A model generated the notes under the pieces. It made no database searches and was not told where the DNA came from. It was given only the letters and a program-made list of their open reading frames with translations. Made by a program: the position numbers and the translations under genes. A DNA stretch of 64,000 nucleotides, from assembly GCF_009914755.1 (NCBI RefSeq), contig NC_060925.1; one strand, 5' to 3'. Positions 13,754 to 27,169 of the stretch are shown piece after piece. Numbering within the stretch: position 1 is the first letter of the stretch; every line of letters starts with the position of its first letter. This DNA is from the human T2T-CHM13v2.0 reference genome, Homo sapiens.

Positions 13754-14180
13754 TGTGATGGTTAATTGTATGTATCAACCTGACTGTACCACAGAGTACC
13801 CAGCTTAAAAATTATTTCTGTGTGTGTCTCTGAAGATGTTTCTGGATGAGATTATCATCTGGATTGATGGACCCAGTAAAACAGATTGCCCTCTCCAATA
13901 CAGGTGAGCATCATTCAATCCATTGAGGCCTTGAACAGAACAAAAGGCAGAGGAAGGAGGAATTTGTCCCCTTTTTTTCTGACTCAGTGCTTGATTGGGG
14001 AAATTTTGCCTCATTTTTTACCACCTTCAGACTGGGGTTTATACCATCTGCTCCTCTGATCCTTAGGCCTTCAGACTCAGGCTGAATTATATCCCCAGCT
14101 ATCCTGGGTCTCCAGCTTGCAGATGGCAGATCATGGGATTTCTCAGCTTCCGTAATCGTGTGCTCTGGAGAAACCTCATC
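13754..14180 (+). mobile_element. MLT2-type (HERV-L) solo LTR
   Basis: TGTGATGGTTAATTGTATGTATCAACCTGACT start; AGCTTGCAGATGGCAGATCATGGGA; CTCTGGAGAAACCT end. Confidence 0.88.
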
Positions 14181-16384
14181 ATTGACCATTGTACCACACT
14201 GATGAGAGGAAAAGATGGAGAGATGCACAGAGAAAATCAGAAAGAGACAGTTATGCACACACCATATCAAGAAAAAAAGTATCATCAAAACTGTTAAAAT
14301 ATTATTAGAGCCTATGCTGTCATACTATGAGGATTAAGGATGAAAAATAATAATAATTCTTCAATTCCATTCAATACATAGGCACTAGGCTGATCACTGA
14401 TAATACAGAAATAAAAAGAGAACCTGTCTTCAATGTGTTCATATCTAGTGAGGAGCAGGGACAAGTAAAAGACCAGATGGTGTGGTGTGTGTTTAGATAG
14501 AAGTGAGTGTGTTAGTGCTGGTGCTATGGAAATTCAGAGAGCAGGTGCATTTTCAGGGTTAAGGGTTGGAGTGTTGCAAATAATATGTGCTCTCTGCATA
14601 GACCCCAGAAACCCCATGGCTGAGAAGTTGATTGGGTACTCAGACCAAAAGGTGGAGAAAGTCCCCAGAGATACATGCAAAGATTGGTGGACCATGTTGA
14701 AATATTGGAGATCCTGTAGTCTAATATAACACATTCTGTAATCTTTAGACTTAACAAGTATTCTGAGCATTTAATAGGAGTCAGTCTCTGTGCTTGGCAC
14801 TTGGAATGTAAAAATGAGCAAGTTGATGTTTTCCTGCCTTCACCGAGATCATATTCTAAAATTCTATGCTTGCGAATGGTGAAGTGGAGACCCACATGAG
14901 ACCCAACTGAGGTGAAATTGAGGTAGAGTTTCCTCCCAAAGATTGCACAGTGAGGCAATGATAAAGCACAAACTCAGAGCCAAGGCTTGAGTCTGTTGCC
15001 ACCTTACAAGAAATGCTCATTGAATAAATGAGCGAGTAGTGAACAAGGATGTATTGTGAAAGTTCTTTGGTAGGCAAAAGAAAAAAGTCACCTAGTTAGG
15101 TAGTTAGATGGAAGTCATGACTTGAGTCTAGCTCAACTATGCAGATATCTTCATGACATCCGCCAGCAGCCAGAGTAGCCTAGAAGGCCTAAGTCCGAAA
15201 CCTTCTTCATCTTTGACATCAGCTCTCTCTCACTGCAGCTTCTCAGTAGTCCCCTGTATTCCCATGTATTGTGCATTTTGTTTCCATTTGTTTATCGTTT
15301 CTGCAAATGCTCAGCAGAGCCAAAAAATATCAAAATAAAAAATATACCTTCCTAGAGCAGCCTCAGAAAGCCCCAGGGGAGATGGCAGCAGTCATAAGAA
15401 GAGAAAATAACCCAGTAGAGTATAAATAAAGCCCGCACAGCAATGGAAAGGCTGAATTGCATCATCTTTTTCCTACTTACCACTGGAAACCACAGGAGAA
15501 TCTGGCATGGGCAGGGTAACCTTTAGATGACCCAGCTACCAGCTGTACAGGCCAGCTCTCCAGCATGGAAGAGAGCACCCAGAGCCTGTGTCTGGTGCCC
15601 AAGAGGGTTGTTTGGAAACAACAAATTCAGCAAATTGGCCAACAGGCAGAAGCCATAAGCCCCTTCCTTTTGTTGAACTGTCTCATTTTCTTCCAAAGTG
15701 GTCAGTCTTAGAAAGACCCAAGACAAAACATCTCAGAAATGTCCCAATGTGAAGTAATAAATGGATATTTTGGTGAAATCTGCTTAGCACTCTTTAGAGC
15801 AGGACTGGCTCCTCAGTGAGATACTCTGAGAGTCCTCCTGAGCTCACAGTTATTTGGACTCTGACAGCACATTTTGATGACAGCAGAACCCATCATGTTG
15901 GTCTCTGGCCCTTTGTAACTGGTGGTTTATTTCCTGTTTCATTCAGCTTTCTCTTCTATTTCTCACTCATGGCTGGGTCCTTTAGTGTTTTCTATCTTGC
16001 CAGACACTACAATCTAGTTAAACCTAGTAGACTCAAGCAACCGACAGCTTCCTAATCTACCCAATTCCACCAATAGATAAATAATATCACTTTTCATCAG
16101 ACAGGACTTTAATTTCATCAGACAGGACCTGATCATTTTTGACTATGAAAAAAATCTCCCAAATGCCTGAGGGAATTTGAATTTTTGGAAAAAATTACTT
16201 ATTTATATAAATCCTATAGAAATTAATTCTTAAAATCTCCATTCATAGCATCTTCAGTAGCAAGTCGCTGAAGGGAAATTTTAATTCAACTCCTACATGC
16301 TTCTATTCCATTCAACTCAATTTAATTTGAACTAAGAAATATTCATAGACAATTAATAAAAAAAAAGATTTTTAAAGGGAATAA

Positions 16385-16776
16385 AGAAACATTTGTTGAG
16401 CACCTACTATTTGCCAGATACTATGCACAGTCTTAAGGATATACAAATAAAGGAGACACGGCTCTGTCTTTGAGGAGCTTACCATCTAGTCTTTGCTAGA
16501 TGTCACAGAAACATGTCATGGAAAACATAAATCCAATTTCATGGTAAATATATCATAATCATGATATAGGCTGCAATGGGAGCTTAGAAAAAAGAGGTTA
16601 ATTACAGCCAGCACAGAGTGGGGAAGCCTTCTCTAAAGTGCATTATGAGCTGTGATGAATGGGACTTGGTAGCTGCACATAGGCAGAAGCACATCTAGGT
16701 AGAGGATGCAAAAATGCCAAAGCTAGCATGCGGGATTTACACTCTTCTAAGCAGCAAAATGGCATGCTTGGTCCAG

Positions 16777-16825
<49 letters not shown>

Positions 16826-16900
16826 AAGTGTGTTTGAGTGCATATGTGTGGTGAGTGGTGATGAGAAAGATTTAAGGCTGATAAGAGAGGATTCATGTTC
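16385..16900 (-). mobile_element. L2 LINE fragment containing a TG repeat
   Basis: AAACATTTGTTGAGCACCTACTATTTGCCAGATACT is the reverse L2 3' end. Confidence 0.75.
16781..16820. repeat. (TG)20 microsatellite
   Basis: Directly visible. Confidence 0.97.
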
Positions 16901-16964
16901 ACTTTTGGCTTTCTTAGTCATTAGCAAAGCACTTTATGGGGAACGCTGTATGCTCAGAGATTGT

Positions 16965-17650
16965 GGTCTTTGGAAAGCCTTTCCTGACCACATGTTGGTG
17001 GCTTAGGTGCCTCCTCTGAAGAGCTACAGTCTCCAAGATTTGGTATTGTGATTTTCTGTTGCTCCTGGTCTCCTCCTCCAAAATGTGAGCCACTTGAGGG
17101 CAATGACTATTTTATTCACAGAACTCCCATGCCAGCAAGGTTCCTGGCACATAGTAGGTACTTGGAAGAAATTTGCTGAATTAATGAGTTATATTTGCCT
17201 TTTGTGCCTTTGTCATAATTTCTCACACAAGTGAGAATTCTGAAGCCTGAGAGAGAAAATAATTGATTTCAGTCACGAGGCCAGCCATAGCAAAATTTAT
17301 TTCTAGATGTCCTCGTTCCATGGGAGTGGAGGTGGCAGGGGAAAGCATTTTGTAACCCTCTCTGTCAATTCTAGATCTAGAGAGCCCACAATAGCTTTTG
17401 GAGTCACTGATCAAAATGTCCTCAACAGGGAGGCCTCTCCTGACCACCTCCTCTCCCCTCATTCTCTAGCTCAAGCCATATTTTTTCTATGTGACTTATA
17501 TTACACACTTCATTTTTTTGTTTATCGCCTTTCTTCTTTGAAAGAAGAGTAGATGAGAGATTTTTTTGTTTGTTTTATTTATTGTTTTATGCCCAGTACA
17601 GAGGACATGCCTGGCCTCTGGTGGAGGCTCTATAGATGTGTGTTGAATGA
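16965..17650 (+). mobile_element. Two L2 3' fragments (~16965-17190, ~17385-17650)
   Basis: GAGCCACTTGAGGGCAATGACT...CCTGGCACATAGTAGGTACT; GGGAGGCCTCTCCTGACCACC. Confidence 0.65.
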
Positions 17651-17726
17651 CTTAGAGATTAAACACTGGAACGCAAGGGGCAGAGGTGCTACAAATGGGA
17701 ACATGGATATCAAAGGGGAGACAGTT

Positions 17727-18026
17727 GGCTGGGCGCAGTGGCTCATGCCTGTAATTCCAGCACTTTGGGAGGTCAAGGTGGGTGGATTACTTGAGGTCAG
17801 GGGGTCGAGACCAGCCTGGCCAACATGGTGAAATCCTGTCTTTATTAAAAATACAAAAAAATTATCCAGGCATGGTGGCACACCCGTATAGTCCCAGCTA
17901 CTCAGGAAGCTGAAGCAGGAGAATCACTTGAACCCCAGGGGTGGAGGTTGGAGTGAGCCGAGATCATGCCACTGCAACTCCAGCCTGGGCAACAGAGCGA
18001 GACTCTGTCTCAAAAAAAAAAAAAAA
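17727..18026 (+). mobile_element. Alu (AluS-type), full length
   Basis: Dimeric Alu starting GGCTGGGCGCAGTGGCTCA. Confidence 0.95.
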
Positions 18027-18118
18027 GCAAGAAAGCGAGAAAGAAAAAAAAGAAAGAAAGGAAAGAAAGAAAAAAGAAAGAAAGGAAAGAAAGAAAAAAG
18101 AAAGAAAGAGAAAGAAAG

Positions 18119-18189
<71 letters not shown>

Positions 18190-18192
18190 AAA
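18027..18192. repeat. (GAAA)n-rich polypurine tract from the Alu tail
   Basis: Directly visible. Confidence 0.95.
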
Positions 18193-18669
18193 GTGAGGCA
18201 GTCAACAACTCCTTACTGAGTGTCCACAGTGGTATAGAGCCTTCTGGTAGATACTCAGACAAAGAGCAATGGTTGATTGTGGTCCCTCCCAAAGGACCCA
18301 GTAATATGATCCGCTGGCAAAGGCTATGCGCAGAAACATCAAACATCAAACAACAGGAGGTAGGCAGCTGCGGGTGGTTGGGGCAGGAGAGAGTATCAAG
18401 GACAGGTGAGAGGCAAAGTGCAGCTCATGCATGTTCCAAGACTCCAGTGGCACATCCTGCTGGAGGCTCATGCATATGTTGACTATGCTTTTATTTGTGC
18501 CATTCCCTTCACCCTTGTGCTCTTCCTCAGTCCTGATTAGACTGTGCTCAGGCCATCATTTTTCATGGGAAGCATTTCCTTCTAGCTCATTTCTTCTCTA
18601 TGCCTCCATAGTACTGTGAACCCATATTTATCATAACAGTTGTTATGTTGGATTGTAGCCTTTAATGGA

Positions 18670-18920
18670 AGGCAGAATTGTTGTATGATTAAAAACCCAG
18701 GGTGGAGCAAGACTACCTGGGTTTGAATCCCAATCCACTTCCAGCTAGCTATGTTTACCTTGGGCAAATTATTAAACTCTCCATTATATCTTTCAAACAG
18801 AAATTTCAATTAGCACCTACTTCATAGGGTTGTCCAGAGAAGCATATTAATTAATTAAAATGTTTCAGATACTTCAGACTGTGCCTGACATATAGCAATA
18901 TTCAGTAAAATGTTAGCTTC
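18670..18920 (+). mobile_element. MIR SINE
   Basis: CCTGGGTTTGAATCCCA...ACCTTGGGCAAATTATTAAACTCT. Confidence 0.8.
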
Positions 18921-20869
18921 TAGAGAGTGCAGCCTACAATTCCAAAGCATCTTCTCTAGGTCAAGTGCTGTGCTGAGACACATTTATGTATGTCATCTCA
19001 TTGTTCTTCTCAACAACCTTGCAAGGTAAGTAGTATTTAATCAATGTTTCCCTTGAAATGGAAGCTTAATAGGATTTTTAAATGGTAAGCATTCAAGCTT
19101 CTTTCACTTATATTTAAGTGAAATAGGGTTAATAATGTCTATTTTAGAGTTGTGAGAATTAAGTGAGAACGTGTATAATTAAGTAGAAGAAATAAAAGCT
19201 GAGATGAGTATTTTAAATGACCTGTAACTTGGTATTACTTGGATAGGTTGCTTCAAATTCAAGTGTACATAAGGCCCTATAGGTGTAATGATGAGTATAA
19301 ATATCCCCTGCCCTCGAAGAGCCCATGGTCTAGTGGACTGTTGCAGTGGCTTGAAGGCAACGACTAGGTCTCATTCATCTCAGAACTCAACCCAACTACA
19401 CAATGCCTGGTACAGAGTGAGTGCTCAATGGTGGGCTCTTGCACTGCTTCCTGACTGATTCCAAATGGCCCTTTCTCCACTTCTCCGCAGGTTCAGGAGA
19501 CACAGGGAATAAAGGGAATGGGACAGACATATCTAGTGGATGGCCTCATATACACTCTGGATCAATGGTGATTATAATAAATGTTAAAATAGAAATCCTA
19601 GTAGAGTAATATAGAAGCATGGTGAAGAAGAAAGTAAATCTAATTGGTTAGATTAGAGAAGGCTTCCTGAAAAAGTAAGATCTGAACTGAGTCTTGAAGG
19701 ATGGTTATAAATTCATGAGAAAGACATTTGTAAATATAGTAGAAGCAGGTTGAACAAAGTTTTAGGAGTGCCTGACTGTTGGGAAATCTTCAACTGCATT
19801 TGGACAAGGTGCTTGGAGAGAACACAGAGCTGAGAAAGAATGTGTCTATAGTGGGAGATTGGGAGAATGGCTCCCATCACTTGGGGCAGTTTCCTCCATT
19901 GTCAGATCAACCAGATGACCCTAAAAGCGCTTTCAAGTAAAGTATTATGATTAAAAAATATGATTAAAGAATATTATATATTGACAACATTTTAAATTAT
20001 TGAAATGTGTTGAGGCTATCATTCACATCAGCATTCACTGGATACTTTGTATCTTTGCAATCTTTCTAAGACATTTCTAGTTGTGCTGCTCATTAGCAAC
20101 TTCAACTTACTCAAATGGGTGCTATGAATACTATAAAACTAATATTGTTTCTCTTTTTTCCTGGCTAGAGAGCTTAAAGCCAAATTCATGGCCACTTGTA
20201 ACAGGTGCACAGGATTACATGTTAAAGTTTGTTGACTGATTCCACCACTGTCTTTACTTTACTTTCTTTCTATTATTGTTCCTTTGCCCACCTTTGCTCA
20301 TTTATCTCATCTTTTTACCTGTATTATTTGTATCTCTTGAAGACACTTCAAATCCTGTTGGAATAGGAATGAGATGGGGTATAAACAAATTATCAACACT
20401 ATACTCTTTATTGTAGCCCAAGGCTTTCTGCAGAGTCACAACATGTACAGCCTGCAGAAGGAGCCTATGCCTCTCCAGCAGCTCTGTCATCACTCCCAGA
20501 CTGGAGCTGCAGGTGCGGCAGACATTCTGTAGGTCTGGATGCAATTTGTCACTGCACACATGCTGGAGATGATAAGTTAGAAAGAGAGGGAAGAGTCCGA
20601 GGACTAGAACTGAGCCAAACAAATGCTCTGATGGGGGCATGGCCCAGGCCGAAGGCTGACTCTGAGACTGAGACAGGCCTGGAGGAGGCAAGATCAATGC
20701 CTTGCATCACTGTCTCCAGGAGGCTGCCCAGTCTAGAGTAGGCACCCCTTCTCTGGGCTCCCAGACCCTTCCAAATTTATCCTTCTTTGTAGCACCTCTA
20801 ATTACTCTACTCTATGTAGAAGTATGTTACTACGTCTATTTACCAGTATAATTACTTCTCTCTTTTATG

Positions 20870-21020
20870 TATATAAGAGTCACTAGGAAACACGTAAAAT
20901 GCAGAATCCCTTGTTCTATTCCAAAAAATTCTGATTTTATGTCTAAGGTGAGGAATCAGCATTTTCAACCAACAGCCCAAGTCATCTGAGGGCAGTCATT
21001 CACAGATCCTGGGAAATTCT
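20870..21020. mobile_element. MER5-like hAT fragment
   Basis: AAAATGCAGAATCC...ATTCTGATT...GGAATCAGCATTTTCAAC...CCCAAGT. Confidence 0.5.
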
Positions 21021-21099
21021 GTCTGTATTGGACTACTGATAAAGGAACTTTTACCCTATCTCTAAATCTGTAGCACCCAGCAGAGGGTCTGGCTCAGAG

Positions 21100-21240
21100 T
21101 ATCATACCTTATTTTACAGACGCTCAAACTAAGGCACAAGAGATTACATTACTTATCCAAAATTACCTGCCTAGAGATTGGAGAAGCCAGATTTAAAACT
21201 CAGATTTGACTGACTCCAAAGAGTATGTCCTTCCCACAGT
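21100..21240 (-). mobile_element. MIR SINE
   Basis: ATTTTACAGACGCTCAAACTAAGGCACA...GATTTAAAACTCAG. Confidence 0.7.
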
Positions 21241-21269
21241 CCTAAGCGAGGAGGTATGATGGTTTACTT

Positions 21270-21551
21270 CAGTGGTATCTAAGTAGGCTGTGCACTTTCA
21301 ATGAGGTGTGCAAGATAATCAACTCAGATGTGGAAGGAACGTATTAGAACTTCTATTCACATTTATTTTAATACAGCATTTCTTAATTTTATTTTTGTAT
21401 GTTTATGGCATACAAGCATAGGTGCAGAGGTGCATGTATGCAATGAATAAATGAATACACATAATGCATAAATAAACATACATATATGGGGTGATTCCTC
21501 AAAAACGCCTTACTGATAGGGGCACACAGTCAGAGCCTTTGACGACCACTG
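21270..21551. mobile_element. hAT-Charlie MITE (possibly MER113-like)
   Basis: TIRs CAGTGGT...ACCACTG; 8-bp flanks GTTTACTT/GTTTAGCT (6/8) fit a hAT TSD. Confidence 0.75.
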
Positions 21552-22190
21552 GTTTAGCTGTCTTTTATCTGTGATAGTGCCCACACCCACGCACCTTAAA
21601 GATGCTGTATGTGGAATGTAACACATCTTTCTGGGACTTCTCAGGAGCCAGAGCAAGAGACGAATGAGCAGAATTACTGCAGGAGGATTAAACACTTCTG
21701 CTCAGAGTATGTAGGGCCTGTGCATTTGTCTTCTTGCCTACCAAAGACTGATTGTGATGTACTGGGCTTGCTAGTACATACCTTCATCTGCCACATACCT
21801 AGGCCCTGTCCCTCCACATGCTTCCTGGAGGCAGAGGCAAGCAACTCTCTCCAGGGGAGAGTGGCACAAGCCCCTAGGCTCAAGGACAGGATAAAAGCCT
21901 TCCTGTCTCTCCCATGATTTCTACTTCATTTATGGCTTAGCTCCATGGAGTTGCTAAAAGAAAGGGTCACGTTTAGAAACCAAATTTACTGAGTAGACAA
22001 AGGTAGATTTAGGCAAAAACGTGAATGCTCTGATGACTCAGGATAATGTAGAAAACTGGGTAGTGGTGGGCTCTGCTTAGAAGAAAAAGGGGCTTCTGGG
22101 ATATGTTTTTCAAGGGCCCTAGCACAGTGAAGAAATGTAGTTGTCAGAAATGAGCTTTTGGAAGGTACTGCTGCTTTAAGAAAATGCAAG

Positions 22191-22966
<776 letters not shown>

Positions 22967-23302
22967 GAATAGAGGGCCTCACCCTCCGTAATGTGACTCC
23001 ACATCATGGTTCAAAAATGTTCAGGAAATCTACAAGTATAGCATGCTGGCAACCACTAGATCACCTGTGGAAGCCTGCAAAGGTGGAGTTTTGAGTTCTG
23101 ATTGGCATATGCTAGGTTCAAGACTAACAGAAGAGCAGATATGTGGGGGTGGAGGGGGGGGGTCATGAAATTAACTAAGTCAATAACTCACAGAAGTTCT
23201 GCGGAAAGCACTAAACCCACACCGACCGTAAAGCAGGTAGGTTTCAGCCAAGTTTATCTCAACCTCTGGGAGAATCCATGAGACTTCTGGATTACTATAG
23301 AG

Positions 23303-23521
23303 CAAACTTGTCCAATCCACAGCCCACGGGCCACATGCTGCCCATAACAGCTTTGAATGTAGCTCAACACAAATTCATAAACTTTCTTAGAACATTGTGA
23401 GATTATTTTGCGAATTTTTTTTTTAGCTCATCAGCTATCATTAGTGTTAGTCTATTTTATGTGTGGGCCAAGACAATTCTTCCAGTGCGGCCCAGGGAAG
23501 CCAAAAGATTGGACACCCCTG
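23303..23521 (-). mobile_element. MER30 hAT MITE
   Basis: GGCCCAGGGAAGCCAAAAGATTGGACACCCCTG terminus; 8-bp flanks CTATAGAG/CTGTAGAT. Confidence 0.92.
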
Positions 23522-23644
23522 CTGTAGATGCATTGTTTTTCCCTCCTCTCAGTATCTTTAAGACCTTAATTGTCTGTTGATACAAAAGTTTAGAATGGAA
23601 AGAGCTCACACAAGGAAACTGAGGCCCGGAGGGATTACTATTCT

Positions 23645-23870
23645 TTTTGACTCTGGACCCAGATTGCCTTGAGTTCAAATTCTGACTCTGCCTTTTATTA
23701 GCTCTGTAACTTTGGACAAAAACGGTTAATCTTACTGTACCTCAGATCCTCATCTGTAAAATAAGAAAAATAAAAGCATCTACCCTATAGGGTTGTGGTA
23801 AGAATTCTGTGTATAAGCCTGTCACATAGTAAGCAATATGGAGATATTAGCTCTTATTAGTATTATTATT
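23645..23870 (+). mobile_element. MIR SINE
   Basis: GAGTTCAAATTCTGACTCTGCC...CCTCAGATCCTCATCTGTAAAAT. Confidence 0.8.
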
Positions 23871-24524
23871 TTGCCTTCTATGATCTCACTTAATTCTCAC
23901 CACCACCTTGGGAGCTAAGCAGGGAAGTCTGGCCTCCTCATTTTATAGTTCAGGAACCTGTAGCTTAATGATAGAGAAATTGTGGGGTGAGAGATGGGAT
24001 CAGGGAATTTGGCTCCCCTGAAACTAAGGGACAGTTTTGAAATTGGTGTACACTTAGACCTTTGATGAGTACAGGTGACATTGAAAATGTCACAAAATTA
24101 ATCTCTCCTCATTATAAACCATTGCACTAAGACACAGCAGTAGCAAGAAATGAACACATTCTCAGTATAGTCCAAGAAAATCCCTTTTCTCAAGAATGTT
24201 GCCTATATAAAGAATGGCCATTAAGTGTCAATGAGGGACACTGGATGGTGTTTATGAGCCCTAACTGAGGCCCTGGTTCAGGAACTGGGGCCTTAAGAGA
24301 GAGAGAGAGAGGAGTAGAGGGTGGAGGGCAGCAAAGAAACAGAGGGGAAACCTGAGCTGAGCCTGACCCAGAAAACTGCTCATGCAATTTTTCTTTCCAT
24401 GGGTGGAAAAAATCAATTACAGTGTAAAAATTCCAATACATATTTAAATTTCTCCTATGTGCCAGGCATTGTGCTAGTAACCTATATCAGGGGCTTCTAA
24501 GCCAGGCTTCCTGTGTTCATGTAT

Positions 24525-24745
24525 GGACTCTGGACTCAGGCATTTTCTAGCTGTGTGGCTCCAAGAAAATTTCTTAACTTCTCTGAGTCTTCACTTTCTC
24601 ATCTGTCAAGTGAGACTATAATAATAAAAGTACTTTATAGGGCTGCTGCATTTATTACATTTATATATGTAAAGTGCTTAGAATGAAAGTGACAAGAGTA
24701 AATAATCAATAAATATTATTATTGTTGCTATTTTCATTACTATTT
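24525..24745 (+). mobile_element. MIR SINE
   Basis: CTAGCTGTGTGGC...CTTAACTTCTCTGAGTCT...GTAAAGTGCTTAGAA. Confidence 0.75.
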
Positions 24746-24859
24746 TTTTAAATTACTGTTTTTATCTTCACCCTGTAGAGCTTTGGCATCACCCAGACCA
24801 GAATTCAAACTACTATTTAATATCTCACTAATTTCAGTTTTTTATGTGTTATGCCAAGT

Positions 24860-25342
24860 ATGTTGTCTGTTTGCATCCAGATCTGTTCCCCACCTTTCCT
24901 CTATTCTGCTTTTATCACAGGGGGCTGGTCTCTGCAAACTATATTTTTAAGAATTCCTTACCAACTGGCTTTCAGCTGGACTCAGCCAACAAGAGGAAGA
25001 CGCTGGAAATTGGAGGCAGGAAGAAGTGGCTCCCTCCTCCCAGGACTCCAGCTTTCATCTGATGCCTTCTACCTCTGTGATCCAACCTCCTTCCAAGCAG
25101 CCTCCATCCTGGGTTCCAGTTCCAGCTGGAAGGTCCCTGATCCTGGGCTCTGGGAGCACCATCTCCTCCTCCCTTCCTCAGCCCAGCCATAGAGCTGCTT
25201 CCTGTTGTTGCTAATCTTTGGGGAATCTCTGGGGTGCCTCAGTTGACCCCACTTGGTTTTTCAGTACTTCCAACATGTTTATCACCAGTTCAAGGGATTG
25301 AATTCCACCTACTGATGGTCCTTCCCAGACCCTGACTGATAC
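24860..25342 (+). mobile_element. ERVL solo LTR (LTR33-like)
   Basis: CCAACTGGCTTTCAGCTGGACTCAGCCAA; ends GACCCTGACTGATACA. Confidence 0.7.
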
Positions 25343-26571
25343 AAGTTTAATATGGAGATGAACAGAACAGGTAAGAAAAACCAGGACTTATCCTAAAGAA
25401 AGTAGCAAAGAAAGAACTTGGGCTCTCCAGAAGCCAAAATAGGAGCCAAAGCATCATAGCTGAAATCCAAAAGATGATGTCCAAACCAGAGATGCGTGAT
25501 ATGACACCCATACAAGAAATGCATATGGAATCCTATGTCATTCCTTTATAAAGGGAAGTTGGTACTCAAATCTCAAGGCAGGACTGAGCCTCCAGGTGGA
25601 GATCAGGGGTTTAGCTTATAAGGAGAAGAGGAAACAAGGCAAGGTCTGAGCAAGAGATTACAGAAAGTTGGGTGTTAACCACATTTTGGCTAATAATTTA
25701 ATTACACTGTAAATGTCATAGGAGAGCTCACAATTTAAATTCCCCTGTGGGGAATCTTTTTGTTCTGCAAATAATTACCCCCCTAATTTATTTGCTTATG
25801 TTTGGGTTTTCATATATTTGGTTTGTTTATTTATTTATTTATTTTTACCCAGGGACAATAGGGCCCAACTCAGCTGGGGATGAACAGTTGCTTTGAATTA
25901 AGCACTGTTTGGAATAAACCACAATCAGTTTAGTAAAATTTTGATTATATTAGCCTTGCAAATAGACTTGCCCAGGGTGAGTAGCAATGCATTCTGGATA
26001 AGTATGGGGAAAAATTCATGATTCCAGAGCATATAAGGGCGAGAAAGACCCTAGAGCAGTCAGGAATCATATCAAATATTTGATACTCAGGCACTGTTTA
26101 GAACATCTTGTCCAAATGCATGCCAAATGTAGCTTTGAAAGCCATCGTTTGTGTAATGGTAATTTCCACTCACTGGTCATGGTTTTACCTGCTGGGACCA
26201 TGGGAAACAAATTTGCCCCCTAGATGTACTCTGTCTATTTTTAGGTATCTTTGCTCTTAAAACAAAAGTTCCTAATTTCTTCAGCCATTCCTCCTGTGAC
26301 ACTTCTTCTGAAGCAGAGGAATGGTAAATGAGCTACAGTATATACACTAGGTAGAATAATATGTAACCACTAAAATAATCGTTATGAAGTAGGAAGAGAA
26401 ACTCGTAATGCTCAAAGACAAGAGCAGATTACAAAATTGGAAGGAGGCCATTTCCATATTGCTGAACACTTAGATCCAAATGTGCTTGTGCATTTTCTAA
26501 TTGTAAAAATAATTTGGCAGCAGTACAGAACATTTATGATATGGAAAGAAGATCTCTAAGTTCGCAAATGA

Positions 26572-26745
26572 CAGTGGCTGTCCATTGCTGCTCTACAGAA
26601 AAGCTGTATTAGAATCACCAGAAGCTTGCTAAAATTAGAGATCACAGGACCCCAGCTGACTTACAGAATCTCTGAGAGCCTGGAATCCCTTGTTTCTCAC
26701 TGTTCCCTGGGGGATTCTGACGCAGCAGGACTGAGAGAACTGCCT
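26572..26745. mobile_element. MER5-like hAT MITE
   Basis: ATTAGAATCACCAGAAGCTTGCTAAAAT...AGAATCTCTG...GATTCTGACGCAG...TGAGAGAACTG. Confidence 0.65.
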
Positions 26746-26885
26746 ATCACAATAACGATGATCATTTCTGTATTCCCTTCCACTCTCTTTTCACATGCAT
26801 ATGTTTATTCAATTATAAGGATAGCATTTACTCAATTTTGGACACAAATGTTTTTATACAACACTAAAAAAAACAGGTGTTCTTT

Positions 26886-27150
26886 TTTTAATTTTTAATT
26901 TTAATTTTAATTTTTTAGTGAGGAGGTCTTGCTATGCTGCCCAGGCTGGAGTGCATTGGCTATTCACAAGTGCAATCATAGCACACTACAGTCTTGAACT
27001 CCTGGGCTCAAGTAATCACAGGTGCAATTCACAGGCTATTCACAGGTGCAATTACAGCACACTACAGTCTTGAGCCCCTGGGTTCAAGTAATCCCCCTGC
27101 TTCAGCCTCCCAAGTAGCTGGGACTTCAGGTGTGGATAACTGTGCCCTGC
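26886..27150 (-). mobile_element. FAM (fossil Alu monomer) with internal 60-bp duplication
   Basis: 7SL-derived GGCTATTCACAGGTGCAAT motif; TSD AAAAA[C/T]A[G/A]GTGTTCTTT on both sides. Confidence 0.88.
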
Positions 27151-27169
27151 AAAAAATAAGTGTTCTTTG

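Noticed and set aside
17924-18482. Lys/Glu/Arg-rich and Phe/Leu/Ser-rich ORFs
   Set aside because: Stop-free (GAAA)n microsatellite; same for 22365-22791.
19470-19495. Strong acceptor-like site CTTCTCCGCAG|GT
   Set aside because: Lies among L2 fragments, with no matching donor or coding frame identified.
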